In this document: in pieces, positions 29,084-36,909 of the stretch
Position numbering within the stretch: the first letter of the stretch is position 1
How the letters are laid out: each line of letters begins with the position of its first letter
Assembly: GCA_015711795.1 (NCBI GenBank)
Contig: JACVJC010000011.1
Span: 1,019-65,018 of the forward strand
From: Candidatus Geothermocultor quzhuomuensis
GTDB taxonomy: Bacteria > Actinomycetota > Aquicultoria > Geothermocultorales > Geothermocultoraceae
Reading direction: 5' to 3'
DNA length: 64,000 nucleotides
Translations under genes and position numbers: made by a program
Notes under the pieces: generated by a model
What the model saw: the letters and a program-made list of their open reading frames with translations, nothing else
Told to the model about the DNA's origin: nothing
The model's database searches: none

Positions 29084-29289
29084 TTCTGAAGCAGCCTTTC
29101 TAAGCCTTCAATTACTCTAAATAATTATCTCCAATGGCTACAATCTCTTCCCTTTTGAAGCTTTAAGATTAAGAACATCGATAAAATATGGATTTGAATT
29201 AGTTAGCCTTACTTTCTGACCAAATTTTTCTTTTAAGCATTGGGTTAGTAAAGGGGTCTTTTTGACTGGAACCATAAAAACCATCATTA

Positions 29290-29502
29290 TCACTCCCATA
29301 ATTCTTTTTTAAGCTCTCTAGCTAAATTACTGACAAAGGAAAAAGTAACTTTTAAAGTTTTTGAGTAAAAATCAGTGTACTCACTTTCCTCCTCAATGTA
29401 AATTTTATCTTTAACAAAAATGAATTTTTGAGCCTTTTCTTTTAGCATAAACAATAAAATCTCTTCTCTCGCTTCATAACTGGTGAAGAAGATAAGACTC
29501 AT
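29290..29502 (-). CDS. Hypothetical small protein (70 aa)
   Basis: ORF only. Confidence 0.25.
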   Translation of the reverse strand: MSLIFFTSYEAREEILLFMLKEKAQKFIFVKDKIYIEEESEYTDFYSKTLKVTFSFVSNLARELKKELWE

Positions 29503-29637
29503 CTACTAAAATGTTCAATCCAGCTCAAGAGCGAGCAATTTATTCCTCAACTTTTCTCCTAAAAAAATTTATTTGCTTTATCTTAACATTTTTATCTAGA
29601 CCTTTGGTTTAAAAAATTAGCGAACAAATTTTCTCTA

Positions 29638-29666
29638 TTGACAGAAAAAAAAATGATTGATAACTT
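29638..29666 (+). promoter_or_regulatory. Candidate sigma-A-type promoter: TTGACA - 17 nt - extended -10 TGaTAACTT
   Basis: TTGACA at 29638-29643, 17-nt spacer, TAACTT at 29661-29666 with TG at -15/-14. Orphan position on the plus strand. Confidence 0.3.
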
Positions 29667-29725
29667 CAAAGTGTTCGAAGCTATTGGTAAAACTTTTTAA
29701 GATACATAAAAGACAAAAAGCCTTT

Positions 29726-29773
29726 GGGGCCCCAAGAAGCGGAAGGCAAGTTACTTGGGGTCCCTTTTTCTTG
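29726..29773 (+). terminator. Rho-independent terminator hairpin (GC-rich 11-bp stem, 17-nt loop) followed by a T-tract
   Basis: TGGGGCCCCAAG-aagcggaaggcaagtta-CTTGGGGTCCC then TTTTTCTTG. No plus-strand CDS ends here. Confidence 0.55.
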
Positions 29774-29870
29774 AATAGCATTCTTTTCTCTGATAAATTA
29801 TTGACATTCCAATCTCAGATATTTATAACTTGCTTATAGCTTGCTTGTTGAAATTATTTTAGGAGACTGT

Positions 29871-30530
29871 ATGAGTAAAAAAATAAAGATTTATCTTCTA
29901 GTTCTTTTTGTAATTTTTGCAATTGTCATTTTTTCCTCTATCTCAATGATTAAGACAACTAGATTAAAAGATAAAGAAAAAAGCTTTAAGAAAGGAAGCC
30001 AATATTATCAAAAGGGAAACTTTAATCAAGCAATAAAAGAACTTGAGAAAACCTTAAAGATTGACCCCAAAAATACTCAAGCCCATTTACTTCTTGCCCA
30101 AAGCTATGAAGCCACTGGAAAACTTAACCGTGCAATCGAAGAATACAAAAAAACCCTCTCTTTAAATGATAATCAGCCAGAAACTCATTACAACCTGGCT
30201 ATAATTTATAAAAGTCAAGGTAAAATTGACAAAGCAATTAAAGAGCTCAAAAAAGCTTCATCCCTCCGCCCAGAGTTTGTTGCTCCCCATTTGATTTTAG
30301 CTCAAATATATACTGAAAGAAATGAGCTCGAAAAAGCAGAAAGAGAATATAAAAAGCTGTTAGATTTTAAATCTTTCGGAATTAATTTAAGTAATATTCA
30401 TACTGAACTTGGGATTATCTATCAAAAAATGAAAAAAATTAAATTAGCTGAGAAAGAATGGCAAGAAGCTTTAAGATTGGAACCTCAAAATGAAAAAGCA
30501 AAAAATCTACTTTCTAGCCTAAAAGATTAA
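29871..30530 (+). CDS. TPR-repeat protein with N-terminal TM anchor
   Basis: The ATG at 29871 has an AGGAG SD 5 nt upstream. KIYLLVLFVIFAIVIFSSI TM, then >=4 TPR units (AIKELEKTLKIDPKNTQAHLLLAQSY..., AIEEYKKTLSLNDNQPETHYNLAIIY...). Confidence 0.7.
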   Translation: MSKKIKIYLLVLFVIFAIVIFSSISMIKTTRLKDKEKSFKKGSQYYQKGNFNQAIKELEKTLKIDPKNTQAHLLLAQSYEATGKLNRAIEEYKKTLSLNDNQPETHYNLAIIYKSQGKIDKAIKELKKASSLRPEFVAPHLILAQIYTERNELEKAEREYKKLLDFKSFGINLSNIHTELGIIYQKMKKIKLAEKEWQEALRLEPQNEKAKNLLSSLKD

Positions 30531-30548
30531 ACCTTAACTTTGCTTAAG

Positions 30549-32933
30549 CTAATCTTGAGACTTTATTTCAACAACTTCGTAAATGACAACAGGTTTTTCT
30601 TTACCTTTAACTTGAACAGGTGGAAGTTCCATTACAGCAACCCTTCCCTTCACTTTTTGATAGGTGTTTTCACTAATTAGTATTTGCCTTGGTTTTGCTA
30701 TTGCACAAAGTCGAGCTGTTGTATTAACTGTATCACCAATGACCGTAAAATCGACCCGCAGCTCTGTTCCAACATTTCCAACTACCGCCGGACCAGTATT
30801 TATTCCAATTCCACACTTCATATTAATTCCTTCTTTTTCAAGCCCAGCCATATTTCTCTGAATTTCAAGAGCTGTTTTAACTGCTAGAAAAGCATGGTCT
30901 TCCTGAACAATAGGCGCATTAAATATCGCCATGATAGCGTCCCCAAGATATTTGTCGACTGTTCCTTGATACTTAAGAACAGGTTCAGTCATTGCCCCTA
31001 AACAAGCATTTAAAACAGACATAACATCTTCAGGGGGTAATTTCTCTGACATACTAGTAAAACCACGAATATCAGCAAAAAGAATAGTAACTTCATTTAA
31101 CTTACCACCAAGCTGGAGAGACTCTTCATCTGCTTTAAGAATTTGATCAACTACTTGAGGAGAGACATAGCGACCAAAGAGTTGAGTTACTTTCTTCCTT
31201 TCTAACTCTTCATAAATATTTTGACTAGCAAAAGCAACTTGAGAAGCAAGAGTAGAAACAAGTTGAACATCATCACTACTAAATCTTTCTCCTGAAAGCT
31301 TGGGTCCCAAATTTAAAAAACCAATTAATTTTTCTTTTGCCTTTAAAGGAGTACATAAAACTACTTGAAGCTTTGATCTTATCTTTTCCGTTGTCGATTC
31401 AGAAATACTTTCCCAACTAATCTCATCTTCATCTGAAGTAAGATCTAAAGGTTCATCTTGGCGTGCAAGAATCTGGATAAAGTAGTCATTTTCATGAAAC
31501 CATATTTCCCTTGATTCCTCTTCTAATCCTTCCGATTCCATAATCACATATCGATTTTTCTTTTCATCATGGAGAAGCAAAGAGATGGGCAGGGCATGGA
31601 TTGTTTCTTTAAGAGTATTTAAAAGGGTTCTCGTTAACTCGGTTAAGTCAATATTAGCCTGCAAGAGGCGGGAAAATTGGTTAATAACTTTCTGATAACT
31701 ATATCTATTTTTATAAAATAGCACATCAACAGCGTACTGAATTTTATCTCGAGCTGGATTAAAAAGGGAAGCGGTTAGAAGAGTAGCAGATACATTAATT
31801 ATTACATTATTAGGAGAAAGAATGTTTTGGAAAATTCGAGAAATAACAGTCACTGCTAAAAGATAAAAACTAATGATAACAGCAGTTAAAACCGAGTAAA
31901 CAATTGTTCGATTGATAACTAAGTCAATTTCCATTAACCGATATTTAAAGATGGCAAAGCCAAAAGAAAGAGGAGCTAAAATTGGACAGAACCACCAAAA
32001 AAATCTGAGTCCTTCAAAACGCCAGGGATCAATTCCTTTAAAGGTAGGGAGAACATACATCGCTAGAAAGCCAAAACTAATCACAATGCCCCAAACAACC
32101 CACTTTAACTGACTTCGAGCCTTGTAAGAAGGTGATGTAAGATAGCTATGAACTAAACTAGCTACAGCTAAAACGCCATAAATTCCAGTGAAGACTAAAC
32201 CAAGGGTATCAATTCGATTAGCTAAATCCATTTTTCCTTGATAACCAAAATAATTAACCAAAAAAATAAGGGAAATTGGCTGCAAATATATTAAATACTG
32301 AAGCAAAGAAAAACGTTTAATAATTTTTTTCTCAAATGGAAAAACAAGAAAAAAATGAAGAGCTAAAGAAGCTGCTAAATATCTCCCTACAGTATGAACA
32401 AAGGTGAAGAAAAGTGCAATTTTGAAAGAAGTTGTTACAACTTGGAGAATAAACCAAAGCCAAGAAAGCATTAAAAGTAAAAATAGACGTCCACTTTTTT
32501 CTTCTGACTTCTTTAAGCCAACAAAAAGGCCAACCATTAAAAAGATTAAAACACCAATAGCAGAGGCAATAAGTTCAGTGATTGAGAGCCATCTCCCTAA
32601 ATTTATCTTTATTTTCTTTTCTTTTGTGTCCCTTTTAATGAGGTAGGTAATTTTATCGCCAACTTTTTTCTCTTTAAGGATATGCTCACCTGAGACAATT
32701 TCTTTTAATGGAATTCCATCGATCTCTAAAATCCTATCACCTTTTCTGACATCAAACCGAGAAGCAGTCTTGCCTTGCCATACACTTTGAATTACTCCTT
32801 CCTGGTCATAAATTATTCCATCAAACGGGGCATTAAAGTTTATAATTATACTAGCGAGCCAAATTGCAGTACTAATGAAGGTAAGAACTATTAAGAGAAT
32901 CTTTACAAAAGTAAAAGGCTTTTTCTTCTTCAT
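30549..32933 (-). CDS. Membrane class III adenylate/guanylate cyclase: N-terminal TM + PDZ, polytopic membrane region, GAF-like domain, C-terminal CHD cyclase domain
   Basis: PDZ: FDVRKGDRILEIDGIPLKEIV. ~8 TM helices. Cyclase: VTILFADIRGFTSMSEKL...KYLGDAIMAIFNAP...GIGINTGPAVVGNVG...DFTVIGDTVNTTARL. Confidence 0.8.
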   Translation of the reverse strand: MKKKKPFTFVKILLIVLTFISTAIWLASIIINFNAPFDGIIYDQEGVIQSVWQGKTASRFDVRKGDRILEIDGIPLKEIVSGEHILKEKKVGDKITYLIKRDTKEKKIKINLGRWLSITELIASAIGVLIFLMVGLFVGLKKSEEKSGRLFLLLMLSWLWFILQVVTTSFKIALFFTFVHTVGRYLAASLALHFFLVFPFEKKIIKRFSLLQYLIYLQPISLIFLVNYFGYQGKMDLANRIDTLGLVFTGIYGVLAVASLVHSYLTSPSYKARSQLKWVVWGIVISFGFLAMYVLPTFKGIDPWRFEGLRFFWWFCPILAPLSFGFAIFKYRLMEIDLVINRTIVYSVLTAVIISFYLLAVTVISRIFQNILSPNNVIINVSATLLTASLFNPARDKIQYAVDVLFYKNRYSYQKVINQFSRLLQANIDLTELTRTLLNTLKETIHALPISLLLHDEKKNRYVIMESEGLEEESREIWFHENDYFIQILARQDEPLDLTSDEDEISWESISESTTEKIRSKLQVVLCTPLKAKEKLIGFLNLGPKLSGERFSSDDVQLVSTLASQVAFASQNIYEELERKKVTQLFGRYVSPQVVDQILKADEESLQLGGKLNEVTILFADIRGFTSMSEKLPPEDVMSVLNACLGAMTEPVLKYQGTVDKYLGDAIMAIFNAPIVQEDHAFLAVKTALEIQRNMAGLEKEGINMKCGIGINTGPAVVGNVGTELRVDFTVIGDTVNTTARLCAIAKPRQILISENTYQKVKGRVAVMELPPVQVKGKEKPVVIYEVVEIKSQD

Positions 32934-32999
32934 AATAACTTATCAAAAGGTTCAACTTAATTATACGAAAGGCAAATTAGCCTGTCGATATCACTCTCT

Positions 33000-33488
33000 T
33001 TATCTCTTCAACTTCCCTATACTAATAGGACCAAAAGAATTAATAAGACGAACAATAAGCCAGTTATTCTTTTTTCCTTGCCAATGAGTTCTAATCAAAA
33101 CATATCTTCCTTTGAGGCGACTACCCTTTAATACAAACTCTAGCTCATTTTCCTGGCGATTTAGAAGGACATAAGTCCCTTTATCCCATATCTCAACTCT
33201 TCCTGCCCCATACATCCCTTCTGGTATTTCCCCCTCAAAATTAATATAGTTAATTGAGTGATCTTCCACCTCAACTGCTAGTCTTTTTTCCCCAGGATTT
33301 TTAGGAAACTCCTTAGGAAGAGCCCATGACCTTAAAACCCCATCAAGTTCTAAGCGAAAGTCGTAGTGGAGATGGCGAGCTTGGTGTTTTTGAACAACAA
33401 ACCGCTTTTCACTTTCCCTTGAAAATTCTTGAAAAGGCTCAGAAACCCTCTTAAAACTCCTTTTCTTACGATTTTCTTTTAAATTCAC
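33000..33488 (-). CDS. Standalone LigD-type 3'-phosphoesterase (PE) domain protein
   Basis: RFVVQKHQARHLHYDFRLELDGVLRSWALPKEFPKNPGEKRLAVEVEDHSINYINFEGEIPEGMYGAGRVEIWDKGTY matches the LigD PE signature (HxHYDxR, SWAvPKgPs, vEDHP..Y..FEG.IP, YGGG.V..WD.G.Y). Confidence 0.75.
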   Translation of the reverse strand: MNLKENRKKRSFKRVSEPFQEFSRESEKRFVVQKHQARHLHYDFRLELDGVLRSWALPKEFPKNPGEKRLAVEVEDHSINYINFEGEIPEGMYGAGRVEIWDKGTYVLLNRQENELEFVLKGSRLKGRYVLIRTHWQGKKNNWLIVRLINSFGPISIGKLKR

Positions 33489-33525
33489 TAGTAACCTTTC
33501 TAATGAGAGAAAATTGTAAAATCTT

Positions 33526-33979
33526 TTATTTGTTTCTCCTTAATCCTCCCTCAAAAAAGAAGGAAAAACAAGAAAATCTTCTTATTTGCCTCACCTTAAA
33601 AAGAGAAAATTTTTTCCTTTCTATTAAAGTAAGCAAATCCTTTAAGCCCCCTTCAAAATCAGCTTTATTCAAAATCAGCTTTAAAGTAAAGATTTTTCCT
33701 CGGGAAAGAGTACTAAGTAAAAAGGATAAGCTACCATGGAAACACCGGATTAATTGCAATCACTACTTGAAAACTTTTCTCAAAAGCTTTCTTAACAACT
33801 TGACGAGCGCAAGATTAGGTTTTCTTTTCTCCAGCTTAGGGAAATCTTCCTGATAAAATCGTTCAAATTCAAATAAAAGCAAATCACCCTCTAAACCAAT
33901 CTTCGGGATAAAAGTTTCTCATATCAATTTGAAGAAGAGTCTCATCAAAGTCAAAGAAGAGTGCTTTAATCTTTCCCAT
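33526..33979 (-). pseudogene. Decayed HAD-superfamily hydrolase
   Basis: Minus-strand ATG at 33979 gives MGKIKALFFDFDETLLQIDMRNFYPEDWFRG, then a stop after 31 codons. This is HAD motif I (hhhFDhDGTLh). Another frame continues FEFERFYQEDFPKLEKRKPNLALVKLLRKLL before another stop. The track's 77-aa and 116-aa ORFs here are fragments. Confidence 0.45.
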
Positions 33980-34003
33980 ATTGAAATTATAACAGAAAGA
34001 GTT

Positions 34004-34759
34004 CTAAGCTTTCTTTTCCATCAAGAGCTGGCGGAATTCAATAGCATTCTTTAAAGCGTAACCATAGGCATCATTGTTAAAATAAGCAAAGATGTCTCTC
34101 TTCCCAATAAGCCAGCTTTTAGCTTTGTCCGCCCATTCTTGAAGCTCTTGATAAGAGTAATTTGAGCCGTAGAGAACAAGCCCTCCGTGAAAACGCAAAT
34201 AAACAAAGTTGGCTGTTAATGCCTCTTCACTTGGCCATCGGTTAGAATGAGCAATGCAAAGGGAAAAACCTTCCTTTTCTAATAATTGATAAACAGTCGA
34301 GCAAAACCAACTTTGGTGTCGAAATTCAAATGCATGTCGAACATTTTTGCTATATTTCTTTTCCCGAAGAAGACGACAAAAATTTTCAAGTCTCATCAGA
34401 TTTAAATGTAACCCTGGAGGAAGTTGCCAGAGAACAACTCCTAATTTTTCTTTTAGCCCGTTAGCACGATTAAAAAAGAGTTTAAGGGGCTCTTCGCAAT
34501 CGCTTAATCTTTTAACATGAGTAATGAAGCGACTTCCTTTCACTGCAAAGATAAAATGAGGAGGAGTTCGACGATACCATCCTTCAAAGGTTTCTTTTTT
34601 AGGAAGGCGATAAAAAGTAACATTTAGTTCGACAGTATCAAAATATTTCGCATAATATTCAAGCCAGTTTTTTTGAGGAAGATTAGTAGGATAAAAAACC
34701 CCTCCTCCCCAGTGAGGGTAATTATACCCACTCGTCCCAACAAAGACTTTCCCTTTCAT
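34004..34759 (-). CDS. DUF72 (YecE-like) family protein
   Basis: MKGKVFVGTSGYNYPHWGGGVFYP... and the conserved DUF72 layout over 251 aa. Confidence 0.75.
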   Translation of the reverse strand: MKGKVFVGTSGYNYPHWGGGVFYPTNLPQKNWLEYYAKYFDTVELNVTFYRLPKKETFEGWYRRTPPHFIFAVKGSRFITHVKRLSDCEEPLKLFFNRANGLKEKLGVVLWQLPPGLHLNLMRLENFCRLLREKKYSKNVRHAFEFRHQSWFCSTVYQLLEKEGFSLCIAHSNRWPSEEALTANFVYLRFHGGLVLYGSNYSYQELQEWADKAKSWLIGKRDIFAYFNNDAYGYALKNAIEFRQLLMEKKA

Positions 34760-34761
34760 TC

Positions 34762-35514
34762 TTAAAAATTATCTTTTTTTGCTAAAAACAAAAGACGGGC
34801 TGTGTTCTTCTTAAGAGAACCAAGTGTTTCTAAATCAAAACAATGAACCTGTAAAAATCCAACTCTTTTTAGAATATCAATTACTTCATCCACTTCATAG
34901 CCTTTCTCAAAGTGAACTTCATAATGCATTTGGTATAAACCATTTGGCTGCTTTAAAAAATTGTACATCTTTAAAGTGCTCAGACTTTTCTTTTCATCCC
35001 ATTTGGTAATCCAAATTGCATAAATATCTTCAAGTTTATAAAATGTTGTCCTAGAACCCCAGTTTCTTCTCAAATGCCAAATGCTGTTTAAATCAAAAAT
35101 TACATACCCTTGAGGTTTCAGGTTTAAGTAAAAACGCCTCAAGGCTTCAGCTAAATCATTTTTAATCGTTAAATAGTTTAAAGAATCAAAATTGGAAGTA
35201 ATTAAATCTACTGGTTCAGGTAAGGAAAGCTGAGTAAAATCTTGTCTCAAAAAGATGGCTCCATTCCCATAATTCTTTTCTTGGGCAATCTTTAACATAT
35301 CAAGAGAATTATCAATTCCATAAACTTTTTTGCCTTTATTCGCCCAGTATTTAACCATATTCCCAGTGCCACAGGCTACATCAGCTACTATTTCATACTT
35401 AATCTCAAATCTCTTAACTAGTTTCTCAAAATAATCTTGCCAAATTTTAAAAAATTGGTTACCAACCATTTGGTCATAAATATAAGCAAAATCTTGATAA
35501 ATCATTAAACTCAC
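34762..35514 (-). CDS. Class I SAM-dependent methyltransferase
   Basis: Motif I VADVACGTGNMVKYWANKGKKVYGIDNSLDMLKIAQEK. Motif II/III spacing is typical. Confidence 0.75.
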   Translation of the reverse strand: MSLMIYQDFAYIYDQMVGNQFFKIWQDYFEKLVKRFEIKYEIVADVACGTGNMVKYWANKGKKVYGIDNSLDMLKIAQEKNYGNGAIFLRQDFTQLSLPEPVDLITSNFDSLNYLTIKNDLAEALRRFYLNLKPQGYVIFDLNSIWHLRRNWGSRTTFYKLEDIYAIWITKWDEKKSLSTLKMYNFLKQPNGLYQMHYEVHFEKGYEVDEVIDILKRVGFLQVHCFDLETLGSLKKNTARLLFLAKKDNF

Positions 35515-35734
35515 CTGATTTTAGTCTTAATCTGACCCCGTTATAATTTTACTCTTTTATCAGTAGTTTGACAGCTTGCAATCTGACCGTTCAACTAAGT
35601 CCTGCTCGCTGACTTTTTCTAGCTTTTCAAACTCTAGCGCTCCATTCAAGCTCTAAATGAAAGATTAAGTAAAATAAAATTTGCAAATTTTTTAATTTAA
35701 TTTAATAATTACAAAAGACAAAAGGAGTTAACAA

Positions 35735-36499
35735 ATGCCTTATCAAAGGTTTCAACAAATTGTTCTCGTTTTTTTAGTTGCTCTTTTTAGCTCAATTCTA
35801 ACTCATGCTTGGTTAACAAGAAATTACCTAACAGCACTAGGGCAAATCTTACTTTTTATCATTATTGTTTTTGCTCTTTACTCAAATCGATTAAGAACTT
35901 TAATCGCTGTTTTTCTTGCCTCCTTAATTTTTGGAAGTGCTCATTTAATTTCTTTTCCTCTCCTTAGTCAAGAAAGCCTTATGATAATTGCTCAAAATCT
36001 TCTTCTTTATCTCATCATTGGGATGGGGGGGTCAGAACTATTTACCCAAATCAAATATGCTCTCCCCAAATTTGAACACCTTAATGTGATTGATTTAAAA
36101 ACTGGTGTTTGGAATGAAAAATTTACTAAAAGCTTGATAAGGAGCCAAATTGAAAGAAACAAACGATATGGTAATACTTTTGCTACTGTCCAAATCAAAC
36201 TCATCCTTCCAGAGAAGAAAAGAAGAAAAATAAACCGAGGCTTGCTTAAAAAAGTAGGAAATTTACTCCGAAGAAATATTCGCCATTGCGACGAGGCAGG
36301 AATGATTGATAAAAATACCTTCCTTTTACTGTTGCCCGAAACTCCTCAAAAAGGAGCAAAAATCTTAGTCAATCGTCTTAAAAAGGCAATAAGCAATATC
36401 CCTTCTTACCAAAAAGGAAATTATACCCTAAGTTTTAAGATAAGTCATTACCCCACTGACAAAGATGAAGTTAAAAAGTTAATAGAAGGGGCAGAATGA
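35735..36499 (+). CDS. Membrane protein (4 TM) with degenerate GGDEF domain retaining an RxxD I-site (candidate c-di-GMP receptor)
   Basis: GGDEF-domain collinearity: DLKTGVWNEKF (D.LTGL.NR), RYGNTFATVQIKL, RHCDEAGMIDKNTFLLLLP (RxxD + 5 aa + DKNTF in place of GG[DE]EF), SFKISHYP. Confidence 0.55.
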   Translation: MPYQRFQQIVLVFLVALFSSILTHAWLTRNYLTALGQILLFIIIVFALYSNRLRTLIAVFLASLIFGSAHLISFPLLSQESLMIIAQNLLLYLIIGMGGSELFTQIKYALPKFEHLNVIDLKTGVWNEKFTKSLIRSQIERNKRYGNTFATVQIKLILPEKKRRKINRGLLKKVGNLLRRNIRHCDEAGMIDKNTFLLLLPETPQKGAKILVNRLKKAISNIPSYQKGNYTLSFKISHYPTDKDEVKKLIEGAE

Positions 36500-36846
36500 A
36501 AATTTTAATCCTTCCCCTTAAGAAAGAAAAAGGTTGGACCTTTGTTGAACTTTTAGTTTCCCTCTTAATTATTTCCATCCTTATTACGGTTGCCTTAATT
36601 AACTACACTACTATCTTAAGAAGAATAAAAAATGTAAGCTGTCAAGCAAATTTAAATATAATCAGAAAACAAATTAAAGTTTATGAATCAATAGAACAAA
36701 CTCTGCCACCTTCTTTAGAGGCACTCCGCCCGGAATACATTAAAGAATCAACCATTCTTAAGTGCCCTCAAAGTGGACTAGACTATACTTACGACCCCAA
36801 CAACGGCACTGTTAAATGCCCTTACCCTTCCCACACCACCTACTAA
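36496..36846 (+). CDS. Type IV pilin / pseudopilin-like protein (class III prepilin signal)
   Basis: MKILILPLKKEKG|WTFVELLVSLLIISILITVAL: basic leader, Gly at -1, Glu at +5, hydrophobic N-terminal helix. 4-nt start/stop overlap (ATGA) with the upstream gene. Confidence 0.6.
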   Translation: MKILILPLKKEKGWTFVELLVSLLIISILITVALINYTTILRRIKNVSCQANLNIIRKQIKVYESIEQTLPPSLEALRPEYIKESTILKCPQSGLDYTYDPNNGTVKCPYPSHTTY

Positions 36847-36909
36847 TGAACACCCAGCACTTTTATTCTCCCTTTTACCTTTCTATTGTTATCCGCCAAC
36901 TGTTCACTG

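Noticed and set aside
29657-29839. 60-aa plus-strand ORF as a small protein gene
   Set aside because: It runs straight through the GC-rich terminator hairpin, and its translation (..KAFGAPRSGRQVTWGPFFL..) reflects the stem sequence. It is more likely non-coding RNA.
33503-33853. 116-aa plus-strand ORF and 77-aa minus-strand ORF (33526-33759) in the 515-bp gap
   Set aside because: Both have low-complexity Lys/Phe/Ser-rich translations lying over HAD-hydrolase remnants. They were interpreted as pseudogene debris rather than genes.
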